A DNA stretch of 64,000 nt from an uncultured delta proteobacterium (GTDB lineage Bacteria; Desulfobacterota; Syntrophia; Syntrophales; Smithellaceae), in contig CAWETF010000003.1 in NCBI GenBank assembly GCA_963812045.1, forward strand, positions 154,555-218,554, in the 5' to 3' direction. Shown piece by piece: positions 9,546 through 17,645 of this stretch. Numbering within the stretch: position 1 is the stretch's first letter; the number at the start of each line of letters is the position of its first letter. The notes under the pieces are model-generated. The model did no database searches. It was not told the DNA's origin and saw only the letters and a list, made by a program, of their open reading frames with translations. The position numbers and the translations under genes were made by a program.

Positions 9546-10682
9546 TTAATTCATCCGCTTGAGCATCTTGTTTGGGTCCCTGCCCCCGGTAATGAACTCA
9601 AAGACCCCCGGCAGGGTTTTTGATATAACGTATCCTGTCACAAACATCGAAATCAGAACTATTGGACAGTTCAGATAAAAAGAATATTTAGGTTTCAGCA
9701 GATGGTTATAAAATTGCAGAAAATCGTATAGAGGAACCAGATGAAACAGGTAAGCATAAAAAGCAAACCCGGAAAGATATATCAGGAAACGATTCGAAAA
9801 GAATAAATTTGAAAATTGCGTCAAAGAAACAATGCCTGCAATAATTGCCGCCTTGTGTAACATCAAAGAAGTGAATGAGTAATGATTTACATACCAGAGG
9901 TCGAATTCCGGGTATATATAAACCCTTATCCCTGTCAATATAAACCACATAAGAAATATTAATATTTTATAGGGTCGATTCATCTTGATGGCAGCCTCCA
10001 TAAGCGGGAGTTTTTCAAAGAGCAGACCGCCCAGGCAGAAAAAGAAGATTGTTTCAATATTCAGCAGATACCATCCGGCCACAATCGGAAACGGCTGGTA
10101 ATCGTTAAACCACAACACTCCCAATACTAAAACGAGTATTCCATTAAATATTTTTTGAGAGCTAAGCAGTATGGGAGCAAGGACGGTCAGAATTATCAGA
10201 TCCCGAAGAAACCAAAACTGAATGGATATCGGATGAAGAAAAACATCCATGATAAAATTCATTGGTGTCATCGGATAAAATCTCCAATGCATCATTCTCA
10301 GAAATGCATAGATGGAAAATGAAACAATCACGTAAGGCAAAAGCAGCGTTTTGGCTTTGTACAACAGCATATTAATGTATTTCCCTTTCCCTCTTATCTT
10401 GTTGACCAGAAAGAAACCTGATGACATCGCAAAAAATGGTATGATCATCCTGAAGATGCCGTTTAGTGTAAATTCCTGAAAGGTGTAGTTCCACCCTCTG
10501 ATTTCGGAATAGGGAATATATATCTGCGAACTATAATGTGCTGCGATTACAAAGACAGTGCCAATTAGATTTGCTATCATCAAACTGCAGCTTATTTCTT
10601 TGCTGATGCCCAAGGTAATTTCCCTTTGGCGTTCTTGCTGCCGATTTTTCTTAATTTGCTTCTTCGATATTTGTTTCGCCAT
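9546..10682 (-). CDS. acyltransferase 3 (OafA/YrhL-like) membrane protein
   Basis: About 10 TM; VIAAH, PFFAMSSGFF, LLLPY, QFWFLRDL, YAYLFH motifs. Confidence 0.85.
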   Translation of the reverse strand: MAKQISKKQIKKNRQQERQREITLGISKEISCSLMIANLIGTVFVIAAHYSSQIYIPYSEIRGWNYTFQEFTLNGIFRMIIPFFAMSSGFFLVNKIRGKGKYINMLLYKAKTLLLPYVIVSFSIYAFLRMMHWRFYPMTPMNFIMDVFLHPISIQFWFLRDLIILTVLAPILLSSQKIFNGILVLVLGVLWFNDYQPFPIVAGWYLLNIETIFFFCLGGLLFEKLPLMEAAIKMNRPYKILIFLMWFILTGIRVYIYPEFDLWYVNHYSFTSLMLHKAAIIAGIVSLTQFSNLFFSNRFLIYLSGFAFYAYLFHLVPLYDFLQFYNHLLKPKYSFYLNCPIVLISMFVTGYVISKTLPGVFEFITGGRDPNKMLKRMN

Positions 10683-10839
10683 ATTTAATAATTATACTGA
10701 TAATTTTTAATATTATAAAAAATAATAATTACAGGTTATAACCTAACATAAAATTACAGTTTTAAAAATCGGGAATTAAATGAAGAAGTGTTTGTTACAC
10801 ATCAAAAGAAACAGAATTCCATTGGCACTGCTGTCCCTC

Positions 10840-10879
10840 GCTCTTTGCCCGCGAATGCCTGGGTGACTAGGGAATCCAG
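10840..10879 (+). repeat. REP-like element, copy 2
   Basis: Near-identical to 9372-9412. Confidence 0.8.
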
Positions 10880-11110
10880 TATTGCTTTCTTCCGCGTCAT
10901 TCCGACGGCGGAATTTTATTTTCAGACAAACTCGCCTTTGGCCACGGTTATCGCCTTGCCGCCGCGAAAAACAGCCAGCTGGTTACCGGCATATTTTTCT
11001 TCGGCAAAAACATCAACAATATAAAACTGCATCTTGCCCCTTCTTAATTTATCCCATTTTGTCATTTCATACATCTACTGCACAGAGCTGTACAAGGGGG
11101 GAATTATTAT

Positions 11111-11911
11111 TTATTCCAACATCAATCTTATAAATAGACCTGTCAAATATATAACAGATTCTACCTCTTTTTCAGAAAACTTGGTGGCAGAAGAATGTTT
11201 AGATAATTTGTCGAGCATGTCATTGTATTCAAAAAGCATTTTTTTATAATAATTGTTTAGCCCTGTTTTGGGCCAGTTTTCGTTTTTGATTAGATGCTTC
11301 ACTCCTACGTTTTTATCATTTAAAACTATTTTGGATAATTCATCCATTGCCAGTTGCATATCTCTTAAACTGTTTTTCATCTTTGATTTATCGTGGCTAG
11401 ATTGAAGATATTCTTTTAGACCCTTTTCAAAAGCAATTCTCACAGATTCATATTTCGGTTTGGATAAAATATTTAACGAATCATTGACAAGTTTATCGTC
11501 TAATAGTTCAGACCCTTTTGGATATATACTATATGATTTCTTGTTTTTTACGATTCTCAGATTTAGATCTGTAGGCGATTCATTTAAATATTTATCAATT
11601 AATGCACAGAGGTTTAGAGCAATATCTGGAGCCTTATCAAAAAGGATTTCAATTATACAAATTAATCTTAACAAATATTCTTCGAACGCAATATCATCTC
11701 TTAAATGTTTGTCCCTGAAGGAGTAAAAATATCCTTCAAATTTGAGACCATAATTGTTGCAAAATTGAAACTCTATATTATCTAAATTGAATGATCCACC
11801 GTCGAAAAGGGAGGAGTGAAATAATATATTATTAACCTTATTTCGAAAGCGTTTCTGACTTTCTTTTATATCGATTTTTACATTGAACCTAGTAAAAATT
11901 TCTTTATACAT
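11111..11911 (-). CDS. hypothetical AT-rich protein, possibly AbiJ/Abi_C (HEPN-like) defence protein
   Basis: Very low GC; C-terminal helical pattern (FEKGLKEYL...KNSLRDMQLAMDELSK...SKHS...EVESVIYLTGLFIRL) reminiscent of Abi_C/HEPN domains. Confidence 0.45.
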   Translation of the reverse strand: MYKEIFTRFNVKIDIKESQKRFRNKVNNILFHSSLFDGGSFNLDNIEFQFCNNYGLKFEGYFYSFRDKHLRDDIAFEEYLLRLICIIEILFDKAPDIALNLCALIDKYLNESPTDLNLRIVKNKKSYSIYPKGSELLDDKLVNDSLNILSKPKYESVRIAFEKGLKEYLQSSHDKSKMKNSLRDMQLAMDELSKIVLNDKNVGVKHLIKNENWPKTGLNNYYKKMLFEYNDMLDKLSKHSSATKFSEKEVESVIYLTGLFIRLMLE

Positions 11912-12004
11912 TCTTTATGCTCTCCATACTATCTGATGTCTGGAAAATATAATTTATAGTTATTTTCTATTTTTTATTTGAGTTATTATAAACATCCACA
12001 ATAT

Positions 12005-12400
12005 TTATTTAATCTTCTCCAGCATCTCTCCCATCATTTTATGGATCAGGTTGATGGCTTTGAGCGGGCGAATCATTACTTTGAATTCGGTAATCCTGCC
12101 ATCCGCGCCCCAGGTAATCATGTCCACGCCGTTAACGGTGATTCCGTCTATCTCTGTAGTAAATTCCAGAACGGCATTGTTGCCGGAAATGATTTCTCTT
12201 AAATATTTAAAACTGCCATTATTGAAAACATAAAGCGCCGCGGTAAGATAAAGTGTGGTGATTGCTTTGCCCACTTGCGGCGTGTGAACAATCGGGGAGT
12301 AGAAGACTACATCATCAGCCAGAATATTATCCAGACCGGCTGCATCCTTCGTTTGCATCAATTTGTGCCATGCTGCTATGGTGTCGTCAATCATAGACAA
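12005..12400 (-). CDS. NTF2/SnoaL-like protein
   Basis: LADDVVFYSP, VNGVDMI, FKVMIRPL. Confidence 0.85.
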   Translation of the reverse strand: MSMIDDTIAAWHKLMQTKDAAGLDNILADDVVFYSPIVHTPQVGKAITTLYLTAALYVFNNGSFKYLREIISGNNAVLEFTTEIDGITVNGVDMITWGADGRITEFKVMIRPLKAINLIHKMMGEMLEKIK

Positions 12401-12483
12401 ATCTCACAAAGGGGAATTGTATTTTGTTTTTGAAATTTGAGGCTTTCTGATATTACAAATTCTGGAAAACAATGCAAGGATAA

Positions 12484-12585
12484 AATGTGAATAGTGAATG
12501 GTGAATTGTGAAAGATAAAGATTCAAGTTTTAAGGGTTAAGTAGTTAAGTAGGAGACGTGAAATGTGAAACGTGAAGAGTGAAAA
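12484..12585 (+). repeat. heptameric GTGAA(N2) tandem runs
   Basis: GTGAATA-GTGAATG-GTGAATT-GTGAAAG and GTGAAAT-GTGAAAC-GTGAAGA-GTGAAAA. Confidence 0.6.
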
Positions 12586-12663
12586 GAAAAATTACTGGAT
12601 TCCCCTCTTTCTTAAAGAGGGGCTAGGGGAGATTTTACAAAAGTGCCGCGATTTTAAAATCCC

Positions 12664-13943
12664 TGTGCAACTAAAACATCGTTTACAATTTAGACCGGGT
12701 ACATCGTTTACACTTTATCAGTTGCGAACAACCTTGTTTCTTTTCAAATCTATGGAACCCAGAACATAAAAACTAAACTGAACTTGCCAAAACCCATCTT
12801 CGATTTCTCTAAGTCCAACAGACTGACCAGCCAATAACTCTGTTAAATAATAACTTTTGCTCATAAATCTAATTTCCCCGCCACGAAGAACCTTCCGAAC
12901 CAAATAATTGCTGTCATAATCCGGCAAATGCGGATTTTCTATATAGGGTTGATTCGACTTTTTATAGTAATCACTCGGTGTCTTATCATGGAGTGATTCA
13001 TGAGGCCGATGATTATTATAATCATACCGGTAAACATCAAAGACCTTCTGTTGTTCTCTTAAATTTCCGGCAACAGGATCTAAAGCATCGCTTTTTAAAG
13101 TGCGATGCATACGTTCATGCCGTCCGTTCTCCTGTGGGTGTCCTTTCCTTATCCGTTCCGGGATTATTCCCAAGAGTATCCACCAAACCATCAACCGACT
13201 TAATCCACCAATACATCTTCCTGCAAAAGGTGTCCCGTTATCGCTACGGATTGCTTTAGGTAGTCCGTTCTCTCGAAAAATTGATTCCAGGAAACGCCAC
13301 GTAGGATCATAACGGGGTCCTTTCAGCGCCTTACAACCCAAAAGAAAACGGCTATAGTTGTCGCTAAGCGTCAAGGGGTAGCAAATTTGTCCATTCTGCA
13401 TATGGAATTGCCCTTTATAATCAATGCTCCAAACATCATTGGGCTCCTTGCAGGCTGAAAAAGGTTCAGTATACGGCGGAACATGTAATCGCTTCTTTCG
13501 ACGCTCTACAAGACCTTCCTTCTTAAACCAGTAGCCTATCGTGCTGACTGCCGGTAACTCAAGCTCAGGATGCTTGCGTTTCAATTGTGCCCGAACTTTC
13601 CGAGGCCCTCGTTTCCTATTACGCAGTTTCTCCTCTATCAATATAGCCAATATTACTTTGGATATATGATGAGGGCATCGCTTCGGTGCACGACTCTTTT
13701 CCTTGAGTCCTTCAATTCCATACCGCTTATATCGCTTAAGCCATTTATATATGGTTGGACGGCTTACACCATATTTATGAGAAAGATCAGTTATACTGAA
13801 ATGTCCGGCATTCCAGTCTTGTGTAAATGCTATCTTTATTTCCATCTGGTTTATCACTTTCCACGGCATTGAGTGTCCTCCTTGCCGTATAGTGTAAACC
13901 ATCTACCCGGTTCCTTTTGTAAACTATCTTACCGGTTTGTACC
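12664..13943 (-). mobile_element. IS481-family insertion sequence
   Basis: Imperfect ~50-bp terminal IRs with a doubled GTTTACA motif (12664-12712 vs 13893-13943); apparent TCCC target duplication; encodes a DDE transposase. Confidence 0.85.
12718..13869 (-). CDS. IS481-family transposase
   Basis: MPWK start after a GGAGG RBS; HTH GVSRPTIYKWLKRY; WSIDYKG, IRSDNGTPF, PQENGRHERMHRTLK, YNNHRPHESL. Confidence 0.93.
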   Translation of the reverse strand: MPWKVINQMEIKIAFTQDWNAGHFSITDLSHKYGVSRPTIYKWLKRYKRYGIEGLKEKSRAPKRCPHHISKVILAILIEEKLRNRKRGPRKVRAQLKRKHPELELPAVSTIGYWFKKEGLVERRKKRLHVPPYTEPFSACKEPNDVWSIDYKGQFHMQNGQICYPLTLSDNYSRFLLGCKALKGPRYDPTWRFLESIFRENGLPKAIRSDNGTPFAGRCIGGLSRLMVWWILLGIIPERIRKGHPQENGRHERMHRTLKSDALDPVAGNLREQQKVFDVYRYDYNNHRPHESLHDKTPSDYYKKSNQPYIENPHLPDYDSNYLVRKVLRGGEIRFMSKSYYLTELLAGQSVGLREIEDGFWQVQFSFYVLGSIDLKRNKVVRN

Positions 13944-14080
13944 TCCCCCTCAATCCCCCTTTGCAAAAGGGGGAAAAATGGATTGCTTGGTCAACCAGCA
14001 TTCGCCGGGCTTTGCTGCCGGAGTGAAGTCCCGCGTATGCGGGACCGGGATGACAAAGATGATAGGGCAGGGGGTGCTTA

Positions 14081-14791
14081 TCAGACATTGCCATCCAGGT
14101 ACAAGCGCCTCTTTGATGGCGTAAATCTTTCTATCGCGTAACGCAGCATGGTGCGGGGCATTGTACGGCAATGCTTTTTTAAAAAAGTTTCTGCGACCTT
14201 AATATCGCGCTTGCCGATTTCACGCAGCATCCAGCCGGAAGCTTTGTGAATCAAGTCTTCTTTGTCCTGCAATAAAATTTCTGCGATCTTTAATGAATCA
14301 GCGTATTGATTGTTTTTGATAAAATAGAAGGTGGCTAGCACTGCGATTCGCCGTTCCCAGAGGCTTTTTGATTTCGCCAGTTGGTAAAGAGGCTTTCTAT
14401 TTCGTGTAAACAGATAAGCTCCGACAATATTTGGCGCGGAAAGATCTACCAGATCCCAGTTGTTAATGTAACGGGTATTGGATAGATACAGGTCATAGAT
14501 TTTTCTCTGAATGGTGTCATCACCTTTGGCAAACGCGTTGACAAGAAAGATGAGCGCGAAGAGTCTAACTTCGTGATAAGGAGATTTTAAAAGCGGCAGT
14601 GCTTCTTTTAACGGTAGAGCTGCATATTCTTTGGCGAGCTTACGTGTTGCCGGAACACGAATGCCCAGAAAAATATCTCCCTCACCATATTGTCCCGCGC
14701 CGGTTTTAAAAAATCCCTGTAGAAATTTGGCGTCTTCCTTATCGCCCATTTTCTGTATTCGTTTGCTGATTTCCTTTGCTGTGATGTTCAT
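14081..14791 (-). CDS. DNA alkylation repair protein (AlkD-like HEAT repeat)
   Basis: FFKTGAGQYGEGDIFLG, NNWDLVD, KASGWMLREIGKR, MPRTMLRYAIE. Confidence 0.9.
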   Translation of the reverse strand: MNITAKEISKRIQKMGDKEDAKFLQGFFKTGAGQYGEGDIFLGIRVPATRKLAKEYAALPLKEALPLLKSPYHEVRLFALIFLVNAFAKGDDTIQRKIYDLYLSNTRYINNWDLVDLSAPNIVGAYLFTRNRKPLYQLAKSKSLWERRIAVLATFYFIKNNQYADSLKIAEILLQDKEDLIHKASGWMLREIGKRDIKVAETFLKKHCRTMPRTMLRYAIERFTPSKRRLYLDGNV

Positions 14792-14889
14792 TCTTATTCC
14801 TTTTCGCAAGTAATTAAATTCCACTTAAATCAAAGATGATATCGAGCCAACAACTCCTGCATACAAGTCTGTTCCACAATAGCAAAGAA

Positions 14890-14970
14890 TGTCATTCCGA
14901 ACGTATGTGAGGAATCTTAAAATACTTGATTTATGGAGATCAAGATTTCTCGCTTCGCTTCGAAATGACA
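14890..14970. repeat. REP doublet (TGTCATT...AATGACA type)
   Basis: TGTCATTCCGAAC...GGAATCT spacer AAGATTTCTCGCTTCGCTTCGAAATGACA; the last 29 nt are identical to 23597-23625. Confidence 0.75.
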
Positions 14971-15016
14971 CAAAAGCAAGTTGCAATTCAGTAGATGACC
15001 AATTTTTACAAAGTCA

Positions 15017-15796
15017 TTATGGGTAGTTTTGCCCTGTCGGCCTAATCATTATCTCACTGACATTTACATTAGGCGGCTGGGTAAGCAGCCAGCAGATGCC
15101 GTCGGCGATAGCCTGCGGTTTGAGCAATTTGCCCATGTGAGCAATTCCTTTGTAAAAATTATCTTCATCATAACCGGCTACTTTTTGAAATTCGCTGACA
15201 ACAATACCCGGCATGACCAGAGACACCCGGACGCCATATTTGCAGACTTCCTGACGCAGTCCTTCAGCGATTGAGCCTATGGCGAATTTGCTGGAGCCGT
15301 AAAACGCACTGAAGGGAGAAATGTTTCGTCCCACCACGGAACCAATCGCCACAATATCGCCTTTTTTACGTTCAATGAAATATTTAGCCGCAGAGCGCAT
15401 CAAATAGGCAGCGCCGAGCACATTGGTATGATAAACCTCTTCCCACTGGTAATTATCGCTTGTAATCGTGCCTCCTGCTAATCCTCGCCCGGCATTAACC
15501 ACAACAATATCGTATTTGCGGCCGCCTTCTTTCCATTCCAATGTCTGCTCCAGCATTTTGTCTATATCAGAGCGCAGACTCGCGTCACCAGCAACAGCTA
15601 AGGCTTTCCCGCCTTTTGCGTGAATATCCGAAACAACTTTCTCAAGCCTGTCTTTTCGCCGGGCCTGAATGACAACAGCGGCTCCAGCCTGCTCGAGTGT
15701 CAGTGCAGTCGCACGTCCGATGCCGGAACTGGCGCCGGTGACAATTGCTGTTTTTCCGGAAAGAGGTTTGTATGATTTATCTTTTAGAGTTTTCAT
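15017..15796 (-). CDS. SDR family oxidoreductase
   Basis: TGASSGIG, VNAG, YGSSK. Confidence 0.9.
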   Translation of the reverse strand: MKTLKDKSYKPLSGKTAIVTGASSGIGRATALTLEQAGAAVVIQARRKDRLEKVVSDIHAKGGKALAVAGDASLRSDIDKMLEQTLEWKEGGRKYDIVVVNAGRGLAGGTITSDNYQWEEVYHTNVLGAAYLMRSAAKYFIERKKGDIVAIGSVVGRNISPFSAFYGSSKFAIGSIAEGLRQEVCKYGVRVSLVMPGIVVSEFQKVAGYDEDNFYKGIAHMGKLLKPQAIADGICWLLTQPPNVNVSEIMIRPTGQNYP

Positions 15797-15819
15797 TTTG
15801 TCCCTCCTTGTTTGTGACA

Positions 15820-16221
15820 TTATACGGTTTTTGTTTCAACTATGATTTCCGGCGGCGCCATCAAATGTTTTTTAACTGTACAGGTATCGGCAGCCTTAAT
15901 TACGGCGGCTTTGTATTTCTCGGGAAAGTCCGGCGGCAGCATAATGTCGAGCGTTACTTTTTCCACCATGTGCGTTGCGTCGTTGCGAAAGACCGTTTGA
16001 ACGATGCTGATATTGCCAGTGGGAATGGAGCGCGATTGGCAGAACGATGCCACATAAAATCCAGCACAAGTGCCGATGGAGGCCAGAAAATGTTCAAGAG
16101 GTGAGGGCGCTGTATTATCTCCTCCGCCTTTCTCCAACTGATCCGTATGAATCGTGAATTCCCGAATATGAGCGGATACTTTTTTATTGCCGTCAAAGGC
16201 GATGTTGAATTTTGATTCCAT
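15820..16221 (-). CDS. OsmC family protein
   Basis: GGGDNTAPSPLEHFLASIGTC and a second Cys in CTVKK. Confidence 0.85.
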   Translation of the reverse strand: MESKFNIAFDGNKKVSAHIREFTIHTDQLEKGGGDNTAPSPLEHFLASIGTCAGFYVASFCQSRSIPTGNISIVQTVFRNDATHMVEKVTLDIMLPPDFPEKYKAAVIKAADTCTVKKHLMAPPEIIVETKTV

Positions 16222-16285
16222 AAATAATATCCTTATAAAAATAAATTTTTAATTTTACTTTAAAGTTCTCAACGAAATTCAAATT

Positions 16286-16996
16286 TTAAAATTCTAATAT
16301 TCTCCATTTGCCATCCAAATCTTGGATAAAATCAAGAGGATAAGAAAACTTTTTCCCATTATGTGTAGAGGTTATTTCGTAATGAACATTATATCCCATG
16401 ATTGATTGGAAAGATATTTCTTTAGTATCTCGCATCGATTCCTGTATTGCTTCTTGAGACAATACTTCAAACATCTTTCTATGCTTATCCTTAGAGTAGT
16501 CACTGAAATAGCTTAAAGCTTTGTCAATATCATTATTTTTTAGAGCATCTGTCATTTTCCAAAAAATAGATTTCAGATGCTTATCCAATTCAGCCATTTC
16601 TTGTTTTGTTAATTTTGATAAATCCTGAGGCGCAACAGCATCTTTCAATGCTCTTAAACTATCGACTACATAGTCATCACTCTTTTTTATATTAGCTAGC
16701 TGTGCCGGCGATAAACTACTCTTGGCCTTTTCAATTTTTAAAGCCAGTTTTTCAAGAATTGCTTTTTGGGCAGGGGACAAATTCTGCATTATTTGAGGTT
16801 TAGCACAGGCATTATAATTCATTATGGTCGTTTCAAGGCCATATAGCGGGAAATTTGATATCAAATCCTCATTTATGCTCTGTTTACAATTCGTTGTCAG
16901 TTCTTCAATAAAACCATAAGGATGAGCAAACGAAGTTGTTGCGCAAAAAAAGCTCAAAATTATTATCGGTAACGATAGCTTAATCTTCATATTCAT
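16286..16996 (-). CDS. hypothetical secreted protein with C-terminal NTF2-like domain
   Basis: Signal peptide; DIDKALSYF...DGKWRI pattern; AT-rich. Confidence 0.6.
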   Translation of the reverse strand: MNMKIKLSLPIIILSFFCATTSFAHPYGFIEELTTNCKQSINEDLISNFPLYGLETTIMNYNACAKPQIMQNLSPAQKAILEKLALKIEKAKSSLSPAQLANIKKSDDYVVDSLRALKDAVAPQDLSKLTKQEMAELDKHLKSIFWKMTDALKNNDIDKALSYFSDYSKDKHRKMFEVLSQEAIQESMRDTKEISFQSIMGYNVHYEITSTHNGKKFSYPLDFIQDLDGKWRILEF

Positions 16997-17010
16997 CTCC
17001 TTTAGGGAAA

Positions 17011-17622
17011 TTATTTTTTTATTGCTGAACTTCTAGGAAAGAATTTATTAATGTCCTTTGTAACGTAATCCAGCCATTTTTTGCGCTGATCCTCTGAGCT
17101 GGTCACGATTACATTGAACATCCGGCGATGAAAGTTGGTGACTCCGCAGAGGCCGAAAATACAATTCTTCCAGATCGTTTCCAGCGGATCGCCAAAAACA
17201 TCTTTTTCTCTTTGAGTTTCCGTATTGGATGTATTGTAAACCAAAGCGGCGTTGGCTTTGAGCAGGCCTTTCGGAACACCTTCACCTGAATCGCCTTCCA
17301 GAAATTCATAGGCGATACCCGGACGAATCACACGGTCGATCCAGCCTTTGAGAATTGCCGGAGGCTGTCCCCACCAGTTGGGATGCACAATAATAATTCC
17401 ATCGGCTACCTTGATTTCGTCGCAATGTTTTTTTATTTTGGCGGGCAGTTTGGCGTTTTCGGCTATCTCCGATGCAGGCAGCAAAGGATCGAATATTTCT
17501 TTGTAAAGATCATGAAAGAAAACTTTATGACCATTTTTCTTCAATGCTTCAACCGCCGTCTGGGCGATAACATGGTTGAAACTTTTCGTGTCAGGATGGG
17601 CAAGGATAACGGATACGACCAT
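17011..17622 (-). CDS. NAD(P)H dehydrogenase (quinone), flavodoxin-like fold
   Basis: ILAHPDTKSFN, HPNWWGQPPAILKGWIDRV. Confidence 0.9.
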   Translation of the reverse strand: MVVSVILAHPDTKSFNHVIAQTAVEALKKNGHKVFFHDLYKEIFDPLLPASEIAENAKLPAKIKKHCDEIKVADGIIIVHPNWWGQPPAILKGWIDRVIRPGIAYEFLEGDSGEGVPKGLLKANAALVYNTSNTETQREKDVFGDPLETIWKNCIFGLCGVTNFHRRMFNVIVTSSEDQRKKWLDYVTKDINKFFPRSSAIKK

Positions 17623-17645
17623 ATCTATGGTGCCCCTGATAAATT

